Below the pieces are notes generated by a model. That model was not told the DNA's origin. It saw only the letters and a list, made by a program, of their open reading frames with translations, and did not search any database. This document shows positions 24,635 through 32,210 of a stretch of 33,321 nucleotides of DNA, piece by piece. A program made the position numbers and the translations under genes. Position 1 is the first letter of the stretch, and each line of letters opens with the position of its first letter. The stretch is from Geminicoccaceae bacterium (GTDB lineage Bacteria; Pseudomonadota; Alphaproteobacteria; Geminicoccales; Geminicoccaceae), in assembly GCA_036375275.1 (NCBI GenBank), contig DASUSF010000439.1, forward strand, positions 1 through 33,321, written 5' to 3'.

Positions 24635-25947
24635 CCGACCCTCAGATCGGCATCTTGATGCTCGGCCTGTTCATCTTCATCATCATGCTCGGCTTTCCGA
24701 TCGCGTTCACGCTGGTCGCGATGGCGGTGTTCTTCGGCTACTACGCCATGCAGGGCCGGATCTTCGACCTCCTGGTCCAGAACACCTACGACGTCATGGC
24801 GAACGACATCCTGGTCGCCGTGCCGCTGTTCCTGTTCATGGGCTACATCATCGAGCGGGCGAACATCATCGACCGCCTGTTCTACTCGATCCAGCTCGCG
24901 GCACGCGCCATCCCGGGCTCCATGGCGGTCGCGGCGCTGCTGACCTGCGCGGTGTTCGCGACCGCGACCGGGATCGTCGGGGCGGTGGTGACGCTGATGG
25001 GGCTGCTCGCCTTCCCTGCGATGCTCCGCGCCGGCTACGACACCAACCTCTCGGCCGGGGTGATCTGCGCGGGCGGCACGCTCGGGATCCTGATCCCGCC
25101 GTCGATCATGCTGATCGTCTACGCTGCGACCGCCAGCATATCGGTGGTGCAGCTGTACGCGGCGGCGCTGTTCCCGGGATTCCTGCTCGCCGGCCTGTAC
25201 ATCCTCTACGTGATCGTCCGCGCCGTCCTCAATCCGAAGCTCGCGCCCAAGCTCGAGGGCGTGGACGCCGGCTTCGGCGAGGTGCTGGTCAATCTGCTCA
25301 CCTCGTTCTTCCCGCTCGCGGTCCTCATCCTCTCGGTGCTCGGGGCGATCCTGTTCGGGCTCGCCACGCCGTCGGAAGCGGCTGCGGTCGGCGCGCTCGG
25401 CGGGCTGGTGCTGGCCGCCGCCTACCGGGCCCTGTCCTGGGACCGGCTCAAGGAAGCGGTCTTCCTCACCGCCCGGACGACCGCGATGATCTGCTACCTG
25501 TTCATCGGGTCGTGGACGTTCAGCTCGGTGTTCTCCTATCTCGGCGGCCACGACCTCGTCGAGCAGATGATCCTCTCCCTCGAGCTCAACCGGGTCACCT
25601 TCCTGATCCTCGCCCAGCTCATCATCTTCCTGCTCGGCTGGCCGCTGGAATGGACCGAGATCATCATCATTTTCGTGCCGATCTTCCTGCCGCTGCTCGA
25701 CGACTTCGGGGTCAACCCGATCATCTTCGGTATGCTGGTCGCGCTCAACCTGCAGACCTCGTTCCTGACCCCGCCGATGGCGATGTCGGCGTACTATCTC
25801 AAGGCCGTGGCGCCGCCACACGTCCAGCTGATGAACATCTTCAGGGGCGTCATGCCGTTCCTGGCCATGGTCTTCATCGCCATGGCGAGCCTGTACATCT
25901 TTCCGGAGCTGGCGCTGTGGTTGCCGAATCAGATCTACGGCAATTGA
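24631..25947 (+). CDS. TRAP transporter large permease (DctM family)
   Basis: ATG at 24631 (MTDPQIGILMLGLFIFIIMLGFPIAFTL...). The 438-aa polytopic protein has typical DctM blocks (VAVPLFLFMG, GTLGILIPPS, FLTPP). Confidence 0.9.
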   Translation: MTDPQIGILMLGLFIFIIMLGFPIAFTLVAMAVFFGYYAMQGRIFDLLVQNTYDVMANDILVAVPLFLFMGYIIERANIIDRLFYSIQLAARAIPGSMAVAALLTCAVFATATGIVGAVVTLMGLLAFPAMLRAGYDTNLSAGVICAGGTLGILIPPSIMLIVYAATASISVVQLYAAALFPGFLLAGLYILYVIVRAVLNPKLAPKLEGVDAGFGEVLVNLLTSFFPLAVLILSVLGAILFGLATPSEAAAVGALGGLVLAAAYRALSWDRLKEAVFLTARTTAMICYLFIGSWTFSSVFSYLGGHDLVEQMILSLELNRVTFLILAQLIIFLLGWPLEWTEIIIIFVPIFLPLLDDFGVNPIIFGMLVALNLQTSFLTPPMAMSAYYLKAVAPPHVQLMNIFRGVMPFLAMVFIAMASLYIFPELALWLPNQIYGN

Positions 25948-27260
25948 GCGCCCGCGCCCTTGCGGCGGCGCTCCATGACGGCAGGACCAGCGCCGCGGAG
26001 GTGGTCGAGCGCTGCCTCGAGCGGATCGCGGCCCGCGAGGAGGAGGTCCGGGCCTGGACCTTCCTCGATCCCGATCATGCCCGCCGTCAGGCCCGGGCGC
26101 TCGACGACTTCAGGAGGCACGGCCTGCCCATGGGCCCGCTCCACGGCGTCCCGGTCGGGGTCAAGGACATCGTCGACACCAAGGACTTCGGCACCGAGAA
26201 CGGGACCGTGCTGCACGCCGGCCGGCGGCCGAGGCAGGATGCGACGATCGTCCAGCGGCTGCGTTCGGCGGGGGCCGTCGTCCTCGGCAAGACGGTCACG
26301 ACCGAGCTCGCCGCCTACGCGCCCGGCAAGACCCGGAACCCGCACGACCCGGCGCACACCCCCGGCGGCTCGTCCTCCGGGTCGGCGGCGGCGGTCGCCG
26401 ACGGCATGGTGCCGCTCGCGATCGGGACCCAGACCAACGGCTCCGTGATCCGGCCCGCGGCCTTCTGCGGCGTCTACGGCTTCAAGCCGAGCCACGGCCT
26501 GATCCCGCGGACGGGGGTGCTCGCGCAGTCGCGCCCGCTCGACACGATCGGGACGATGGGCGGCTACCTCGAGGACGCGGCGCTGCTCGCCGAGGTCCTG
26601 ATCGGCGCCGACGGTCACGATCCCGACGTCCTCCCGGTGGCGCCGCCGCGGCTGCTCGAGCTTCTCGACCAGCCGCCGCCGGTCGTCCCGACGCTTGCCT
26701 TCGTCCGCTCGCCGGTCTGGGACCAGGCGGAGGAGGAGACCCGGAGCGCCTTCGCCGAGCTGCAGGGAGCCCTCGGCGACCGCGTCGAGGAGGTCGAGCT
26801 GCCCTCGGCCTTCGCCCGCGCCCACGACCTCCAGCGGACCCTGATGGAGGCCGACTTCGCGCGCAGCTTCCACGACCTCTACGAGCGCGGCGCCGACCAA
26901 CTGAGCCCGACCATGCGCGGCCAGATCGAGCGCGGCCGGACCCTGCTCGCGGTCGACTACAACCGGGCAGTCGAGGCGATCGCGGTCTACAACACGGTGC
27001 TCGACGGGCTGTTCGACCGCTACGATGCGATCCTGACGCCGTCGGCGCCCGGTCCCGCGCCGCGCGGGCTGGACGCGACCGGAAGTCCGGCCTTCTGCAC
27101 CATCTGGACGCTGTGCGGCACGCCCGCGCTGACCCTGCCGCTCCTGCAGAGCGAGCGCGGCCTGCCGATCGGCGTGCAGCTGGTCGGATGCAAGAACGAG
27201 GACGGCCGCCTGCTCCGCACCGCCCGCTGGCTGGTCGAGACACTGAAGACGGCGGCGTGA
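25944..27260 (+). CDS. amidase (amidase-signature family)
   Basis: TTG at 25944 overlaps the DctM stop (TTGA) and gives (M)SARALAAALHDGRTSAAEVVERCLERI, the usual amidase N-terminus. An alternative in-frame GTG lies at 25917. The signature GGSSSGSAAAV is at 26364-26396, with VGVKDIVD upstream. Confidence 0.85.
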   Translation: MSARALAAALHDGRTSAAEVVERCLERIAAREEEVRAWTFLDPDHARRQARALDDFRRHGLPMGPLHGVPVGVKDIVDTKDFGTENGTVLHAGRRPRQDATIVQRLRSAGAVVLGKTVTTELAAYAPGKTRNPHDPAHTPGGSSSGSAAAVADGMVPLAIGTQTNGSVIRPAAFCGVYGFKPSHGLIPRTGVLAQSRPLDTIGTMGGYLEDAALLAEVLIGADGHDPDVLPVAPPRLLELLDQPPPVVPTLAFVRSPVWDQAEEETRSAFAELQGALGDRVEEVELPSAFARAHDLQRTLMEADFARSFHDLYERGADQLSPTMRGQIERGRTLLAVDYNRAVEAIAVYNTVLDGLFDRYDAILTPSAPGPAPRGLDATGSPAFCTIWTLCGTPALTLPLLQSERGLPIGVQLVGCKNEDGRLLRTARWLVETLKTAA

Positions 27261-27297
27261 TTTCCGGAGCCGACCGCCACCGCGTGGGCCGATGGCG

Positions 27298-27522
27298 TCA
27301 GGAGACGCCGCCGCGCTCCTGCTGACCTTCGGCCAGGCCACCGGCAGCGTCGCTCGCCATCTTCGCGTTGCGCACGCCGTCGACGATGTTCCACACCATC
27401 ATCAGCACCCCGATCCCGACCACGATCCACAGCACCGGCTCCTGGACCTTGAGCAGGAGGACCGCGAAGAAGGTGAGGACGATGGCGAGGGCGACGATGC
27501 CGCTGATGACGGTTCGGACCAC
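27298..27522 (-). CDS. small two-helix membrane protein (hypothetical)
   Basis: GTG at 27522 lies 8 nt downstream of AAGGAGGG; the track ORF starts at ATG 27558. The 74-aa product has two hydrophobic helices (TVISGIVALAIVLTFFAVLLL, VLWIVVGIGVLMMVW) and strong GC3 bias. Confidence 0.5.
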   Translation of the reverse strand: MVRTVISGIVALAIVLTFFAVLLLKVQEPVLWIVVGIGVLMMVWNIVDGVRNAKMASDAAGGLAEGQQERGGVS

Positions 27523-27669
27523 GTGAGCGCCCCTCCTTGACAGGCGTGCTCGTGTCATAGGTGTCGCGGGTCGCGGGCGTCAAGGGACCCGCCCGGAGGC
27601 GCCCCGTGACAACGACGCGGCCGTCATCTATCCAGGTCGCCGGGTCGGTTCAGGAGGGAGCCAGGTTCC

Positions 27670-29091
27670 ATGCGTCGCCGCCGCCGCGCCAAGATCCTCG
27701 CCACCCTCGGCCCCTCGAGCGCCTCGCCGGAGCGGATCGCCGAGCTGGTCGACGCCGGCGCGGACGCCTTCCGGTTCAACTTCTCCCATGGCACCCACGA
27801 GCAGCACCAGACGCGCTACGATGCTGTCCGGCTGGTCGAGCAGGAGCGCGGCCGGCCGATCGCGGTCGTCATGGACGTGCAGGGGCCGAAGCTCCGGGTC
27901 GGCGAGTTCCGCGACGGCTCGATCCAGCTACGCGCCGGGCAGCGCTTCCGGCTCGACCTCGACGACGCCCCCGGCGATCAGGACCGCGTCGGGCTGCCCC
28001 ATCCCGAGATCTTCGCCGCGGTCGACGCGGGCGCGCAGCTCCTCCTCGACGACGGCAAGATCCGGCTCGAGGTGCAGCAGGTCGACGGTCGCACGATCGA
28101 TACCACGGTCCGCGCCGGCGGCATCCTGTCCGACCACAAGGGGGTCAATGTCCCGGACGTGGTCCTGCCGGTCTCGCCGCTGACCGACAAGGACCGGAGC
28201 GATCTCGCCTTCGGGCTCGAGATGGGGGCCGACTGGGTGGCGCTGTCGTTCGTGCAGCGCCCGGAGGACGTCGCCGAGGCGCGCCGCCTCACCGCCGGGC
28301 GCGCGGCGCTGATGTCCAAGATCGAGAAGCCGGCGGCGATCGAGCGCCTGACCGAGATCATCGAGTTGTCCGACGGGATCATGATCGCGCGCGGCGACCT
28401 CGGGGTCGAGATGCCGCCCGAGGACGTCCCGAGCCTGCAGAAGAAGATCATCCGCGCCTCGCGGGACGCCGGCAAGCCGGTGGTGGTCGCGACCCAGATG
28501 CTGGAATCGATGATCCGGGCGCCGGCGCCGACCCGGGCCGAGGCCTCCGACGTCGCCACCGCGGCGTACGACGGCGCGGACGCGATGATGCTCTCGGCGG
28601 AGACCGCGGTCGGCGACTACCCGGTCGAGGCGGTCGCGATGATGGACCGGATCCTGCGCAAGGTGGAAGCCGACCCGCTGTACCGGACCTACGTCGACGC
28701 CTACCACGCCGAGGCCGAGCGGACCGCCCCGGACGCGATCACGCTCGCCGCGCGCGAGGTCGCGAGCACCATGCGGGCGGGCGCCATCGTCACCTACACG
28801 ACCACCGGCTCGACCGCGCTGCGCGCGGCCCGCGAGCGCCCCGAGCAGCCGATCCTCGGCCTGATCAACCGGCTCAGCACGGCGCGCCGGCTGGCCCTGC
28901 TCTGGGGCGTGCACGGCGTGGTCGCCGACGACGTCCACGACATCGACGAGATGGTGGCGCATGCCTGCGAGCACGCGGTGGCGGCCGGCTTCGCCGAGGT
29001 CGGCACCTCGCTCGTGATCACCGCCGGCGTGCCGTTCGGCACCCCGGGCGCCACCAACCTGCTCCGGATCGCCTGGGTCACCCGGACCTGA
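27670..29091 (+). CDS. pyk: pyruvate kinase
   Basis: The 473-aa ORF reads RRAKILATLGPSS...FRFNFSHG...MDVQGPKLR...KIEKP.A......DGIMIARGDLGVE...ATQMLESM...PTRAE.SDVA.A. These are canonical pyruvate kinase motifs. Confidence 0.95.
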   Translation: MRRRRRAKILATLGPSSASPERIAELVDAGADAFRFNFSHGTHEQHQTRYDAVRLVEQERGRPIAVVMDVQGPKLRVGEFRDGSIQLRAGQRFRLDLDDAPGDQDRVGLPHPEIFAAVDAGAQLLLDDGKIRLEVQQVDGRTIDTTVRAGGILSDHKGVNVPDVVLPVSPLTDKDRSDLAFGLEMGADWVALSFVQRPEDVAEARRLTAGRAALMSKIEKPAAIERLTEIIELSDGIMIARGDLGVEMPPEDVPSLQKKIIRASRDAGKPVVVATQMLESMIRAPAPTRAEASDVATAAYDGADAMMLSAETAVGDYPVEAVAMMDRILRKVEADPLYRTYVDAYHAEAERTAPDAITLAAREVASTMRAGAIVTYTTTGSTALRAARERPEQPILGLINRLSTARRLALLWGVHGVVADDVHDIDEMVAHACEHAVAAGFAEVGTSLVITAGVPFGTPGATNLLRIAWVTRT

Positions 29092-29179
29092 CGCGATCCG
29101 GAGCGGCGCTGCGGCGTGGCTTCGGGCAGGCCGCGGGCGATCATCTGGGCTCGGACGCGGCGGAGCCCCCGGCCTCGCG

Positions 29180-29196
29180 CCGGCATCTTTCTTGCT
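29180..29196 (+). promoter_or_regulatory. candidate sigma-54 (-24/-12) promoter for the first ammonium transporter
   Basis: CGGCAT-CTTTC-TTGCT compares with the consensus TGGCAC-N5-TTGCW. The GG and GC dinucleotides are exactly 10 nt apart, about 45 nt upstream of ATG 29239. Two non-invariant positions differ from consensus. Confidence 0.45.
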
Positions 29197-29238
29197 TCAT
29201 CGGTGGGGCGGATCGAAGCAAGCAAAGAGAACCCGCCC

Positions 29239-30624
29239 ATGGACATCCTGGCCCGCTTGTTCGCCCTCTTGTCGCTTTGCCTCGCCTTGATGCTCACGGC
29301 GGCACCGGTCGCGGCAGGGTTGGTGGACGAGCCTTTCGTGGTCGCCCAGGCACCGACCGACGCCACCGCCCCGGAGCCGCTTGCCGAGCCGGAAGGCGAG
29401 GTGGTCGAGCAAACGCCCGAGCTCGACACCGGAAATACCGCGTGGATGCTCGCGTCCACCGCGCTCGTGCTGATGATGACCGTTCCCGGCCTCGCCCTCT
29501 TCTATGGCGGCATGGTCCGCAAGATCAACGTGCTCTCGGTGTTGATGCAGGTGTTCGCCACCTGCTGCGCGATGACGATCACCTGGATGGTGATCGGCTA
29601 CAGCCTCGCCTTCACCGAAGGTAGTCCCTACGTCGGCGGGCTTGGCCAGCTGTTCCTCGCCAGCATGGCCGTGGACACGCTATCCGGCTCGATCCCGGAA
29701 TCGGTCTTCATGACCTTCCAGATGACCTTCGCGATCATCACGCCGGCGCTCGCGGTCGGCGCTTTCGTCGACCGGATGCGGTTCTCGGCCATGCTCCTCT
29801 TCATGGTGCTCTGGTCGATCGTGGTCTATTCGCCGGTGGCGCACTGGGTGTGGGGGCCGGGCGGCTTCCTCCTCGACAGCGGCGTGCTCGACTTCGCGGG
29901 CGGCACGGTCGTCCACATCAACGCCGGGATCGCGGGCCTGGTCGCCGCCCTCGTCCTCGGCCGGCGGATCGGCTACGGCGACGAGCCCATGCCACCGCAC
30001 AACCTCACCCTCACGCTCATCGGCGCCTCGCTCCTGTGGGTCGGCTGGTTCGGCTTCAACGCCGGCTCGGCGCTCGCTGCCGACGGCCGTGCCGGGATGG
30101 CCATGGCGGCCACCCAGATCGCGACCGCGGCCGCTGCCATCGGCTGGATGTCCGCGGAATGGGTGACCCGCGGCAAGCCGAGCCTGCTCGGCATCGCCTC
30201 GGGCGCGGTCGGCGGCCTGGTCGCGATCACCCCCGCCTCCGGCTTTGTGCTCCCGGGCGGTGCGCTCGTGATCGGCCTCGTCGCCGGCGTGGTCTGCTTC
30301 TGGGGCGCGACCTGGCTCAAGAACACCCTGGGCTACGACGACAGCCTGGACGTGTTCGGCGTGCACGGCATCGGCGGCATCGTCGGCGCCCTGCTCACCG
30401 GAGTCTTCGCGGCCGAGTCGGTCGGCGGCGTCCCCGGGCTGCTCGAGGGCAACGCCGGCCAAGTCGCGATCCAGGTCTACGGCATCCTCGCGACCCTGAT
30501 CTGGTCGGGCCTCGCGAGCTTCGTTCTGCTGAAGATCGTCGACGCGACGGTCGGGCTTCGGGTCGACGCCGATACCGAGCGCGAAGGCCTCGACATCCGG
30601 CTGCATGGCGAAACCGTGCCCTGA
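29239..30624 (+). CDS. amtB: ammonium transporter (Amt/AmtB family)
   Basis: ATG at 29239 encodes signal peptide MDILARLFALLSLCLALMLTAAPVAAG. The core reads NTAWMLASTALVLMMT.PGLALFYGG...DFAGGTVVHINAG...LLWVGWFGFNAGS...DDSLDVFGVHGIGGIVG. Confidence 0.9.
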   Translation: MDILARLFALLSLCLALMLTAAPVAAGLVDEPFVVAQAPTDATAPEPLAEPEGEVVEQTPELDTGNTAWMLASTALVLMMTVPGLALFYGGMVRKINVLSVLMQVFATCCAMTITWMVIGYSLAFTEGSPYVGGLGQLFLASMAVDTLSGSIPESVFMTFQMTFAIITPALAVGAFVDRMRFSAMLLFMVLWSIVVYSPVAHWVWGPGGFLLDSGVLDFAGGTVVHINAGIAGLVAALVLGRRIGYGDEPMPPHNLTLTLIGASLLWVGWFGFNAGSALAADGRAGMAMAATQIATAAAAIGWMSAEWVTRGKPSLLGIASGAVGGLVAITPASGFVLPGGALVIGLVAGVVCFWGATWLKNTLGYDDSLDVFGVHGIGGIVGALLTGVFAAESVGGVPGLLEGNAGQVAIQVYGILATLIWSGLASFVLLKIVDATVGLRVDADTEREGLDIRLHGETVP

Positions 30625-30651
30625 TCGGCCTCCGTCCGGGGAGAGCCGCCT

Positions 30652-31872
30652 CTACAAGCTCTCCCCGCGCATGATCCGCGGCAGGTCGCCGAGCACGCCG
30701 GCGGCGTGGCGCATGAAGAAGCGCTTGAGCGGCGGGATCCGCTCGACCGCACCGAGGCCGGCATCGCGGGCCAGCCGGAGCGGCAGGACGTCGTTCGCGA
30801 ACAGGCGGTTCAGGCCGTCGGTGATCGCGACCAGCGCGAAGGCGTCGAAGCGTCGCCAGCGCGCGTAGCGCGCGAGCACCTCCGGTGCGCCGTGGTCGAG
30901 GCCGAGCCGGGCGGCATCGACCACCACCTCCGCCAGCCCCGCGACGTCCCGGAGGCCGAGGTTCCAGCCCTGGCCGGCGATCGGGTGGATCGCCTGCGCG
31001 GCGTCGCCCACCAGGGCGACCCGGCGCTCCGCGACCCGCTCGGCCCGGACCAGGCTCAGGGGGTAGTGGAAGCGCGGCCCGACCAGGTCGAGATCACCCA
31101 GCCGATCGCCGAAGCGCTCCCATACCTCGTCGGTGAACGCCCCGTCGTCGAGCCCGATCAGCTCGCGCGCGAGCCCGCTCTCGGCGGCCCAGACGATCGA
31201 CGAGCGCTGCCCGGTCATCGGCAGGATCGCGAACGGCCCGCTCGGGAAGAAGTGCTCGACCGCGACGCCGTGGTGCGGCCGGGTGTGGGCGAAGGTCGCG
31301 ACCAGGGCGGTCTGCCGGTAGTCGTGGCGGCGCACGGGGATGCCGGCGGCCGCGCGCACCGTCGAGCCGCGGCCATCGGCGCCGACCACCAGCGGCGCAC
31401 GGGCCAGTCCGCCGCCGGCGAGCCGGACCGTCGCCTCCGCCTCCGTGCGCTCGAGGTCGCTGATCGAGGCGGGGGCGAGGCTTTCCAGCACCTCGCCCTC
31501 GAGTGCGCGCAGGCGCGCGATCAGCGCGCTGTTCAGGATCCGGTTCTCGACGATGTGGCCGAGGGGCGCGCCCAGCTCCGCATGGTCGTAGTGGACCTCG
31601 AGCGGCGAGCCGCCCTCCCGGACCGCGATGTCGAGGATCGGCTGCGCCTCCGCCGCGACCGCCGGCCAGACGTCGATCGCCTCGAGCAGACGGCGCGACG
31701 CCGGAGCCACCGCGGTCACCCGCCCGTCGAACCCGACGTCGGTGCGAACCTCGAGCGGACGCGCCTCGATCAGGAGCGTCCGGAGACCGGCCCCCGCGAC
31801 CGCCGCGGCGAAGGTGAGCCCGGTCAGCCCGCCGCCGACGACGATCAGGTCGACCCGCCGATCCGTTGCCAT
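30652..31872 (-). CDS. FAD-dependent ubiquinone-biosynthesis hydroxylase, UbiH/UbiF/VisC/Coq6 family
   Basis: The 406-aa ORF has the DLIVVGGGLTGLTFA dinucleotide-binding fold, VVGADGRGS, and VALVGDAAQAIHPIAGQGWNLGLRD, the family-diagnostic block. Confidence 0.85.
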   Translation of the reverse strand: MATDRRVDLIVVGGGLTGLTFAAAVAGAGLRTLLIEARPLEVRTDVGFDGRVTAVAPASRRLLEAIDVWPAVAAEAQPILDIAVREGGSPLEVHYDHAELGAPLGHIVENRILNSALIARLRALEGEVLESLAPASISDLERTEAEATVRLAGGGLARAPLVVGADGRGSTVRAAAGIPVRRHDYRQTALVATFAHTRPHHGVAVEHFFPSGPFAILPMTGQRSSIVWAAESGLARELIGLDDGAFTDEVWERFGDRLGDLDLVGPRFHYPLSLVRAERVAERRVALVGDAAQAIHPIAGQGWNLGLRDVAGLAEVVVDAARLGLDHGAPEVLARYARWRRFDAFALVAITDGLNRLFANDVLPLRLARDAGLGAVERIPPLKRFFMRHAAGVLGDLPRIMRGESL

Positions 31873-31973
31873 GCCCGCGACATATCAAGTCCGGGCGTCG
31901 CCCCGACGTGGCATCTGGTCGCACGTGCCTGAAGCGGCGGCTGCGCGCGGTCCGGATGCCCAGGCGGCTCGAT

Positions 31974-31996
31974 GCACACCAACCGGGCAGGTGTGC
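31974..31996. promoter_or_regulatory. inverted repeat GCACACC-N9-GGTGTGC, candidate enhancer-binding-protein site
   Basis: The 7-bp arms are perfect and lie about 100-120 bp upstream of the sigma-54 promoter at 32096-32110. A second TGCA-N5-TGCA lies at 32007-32019. The spacing is not the classical NtrC spacing, so assignment is tentative. Confidence 0.3.
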
Positions 31997-32095
31997 CATG
32001 CCTGCCTGCAAGATGTGCAGCGCGTCCCGCCGTGCCCGGCGCGGGAGCCGCGATGCGCGTCCTCGGGGGCGGATGCGGTCCGCGCCGATCGGGCC

Positions 32096-32110
32096 TGGCA
32101 CATGCCTTGC
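32096..32110 (+). promoter_or_regulatory. sigma-54 (-24/-12) promoter for the second ammonium transporter
   Basis: TGGCAC-ATGCC-TTGC(T) matches the TGGCAC-N5-TTGCW consensus exactly, about 100 nt upstream of ATG 32211. Confidence 0.6.
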
Positions 32111-32210
32111 TGCGCTCCGCGGCGCGGACCCGGCGCATCACCCGGGCCCGCCCGGGCCTCGCGCACCGCGAGGCGGATCGTTCCTCGGTTACGCGCGATG
32201 GGAGTACAGG

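Noticed and set aside
31909-31923. The sigma-54-like sequence TGGCAT-CTGGT-CGCA upstream of the second amt gene.
   Set aside because: The GG and GC dinucleotides are separated by 9 nt, not the required 10, and the -12 element is TCGC. A perfect-consensus promoter lies 190 bp downstream at 32096-32110.
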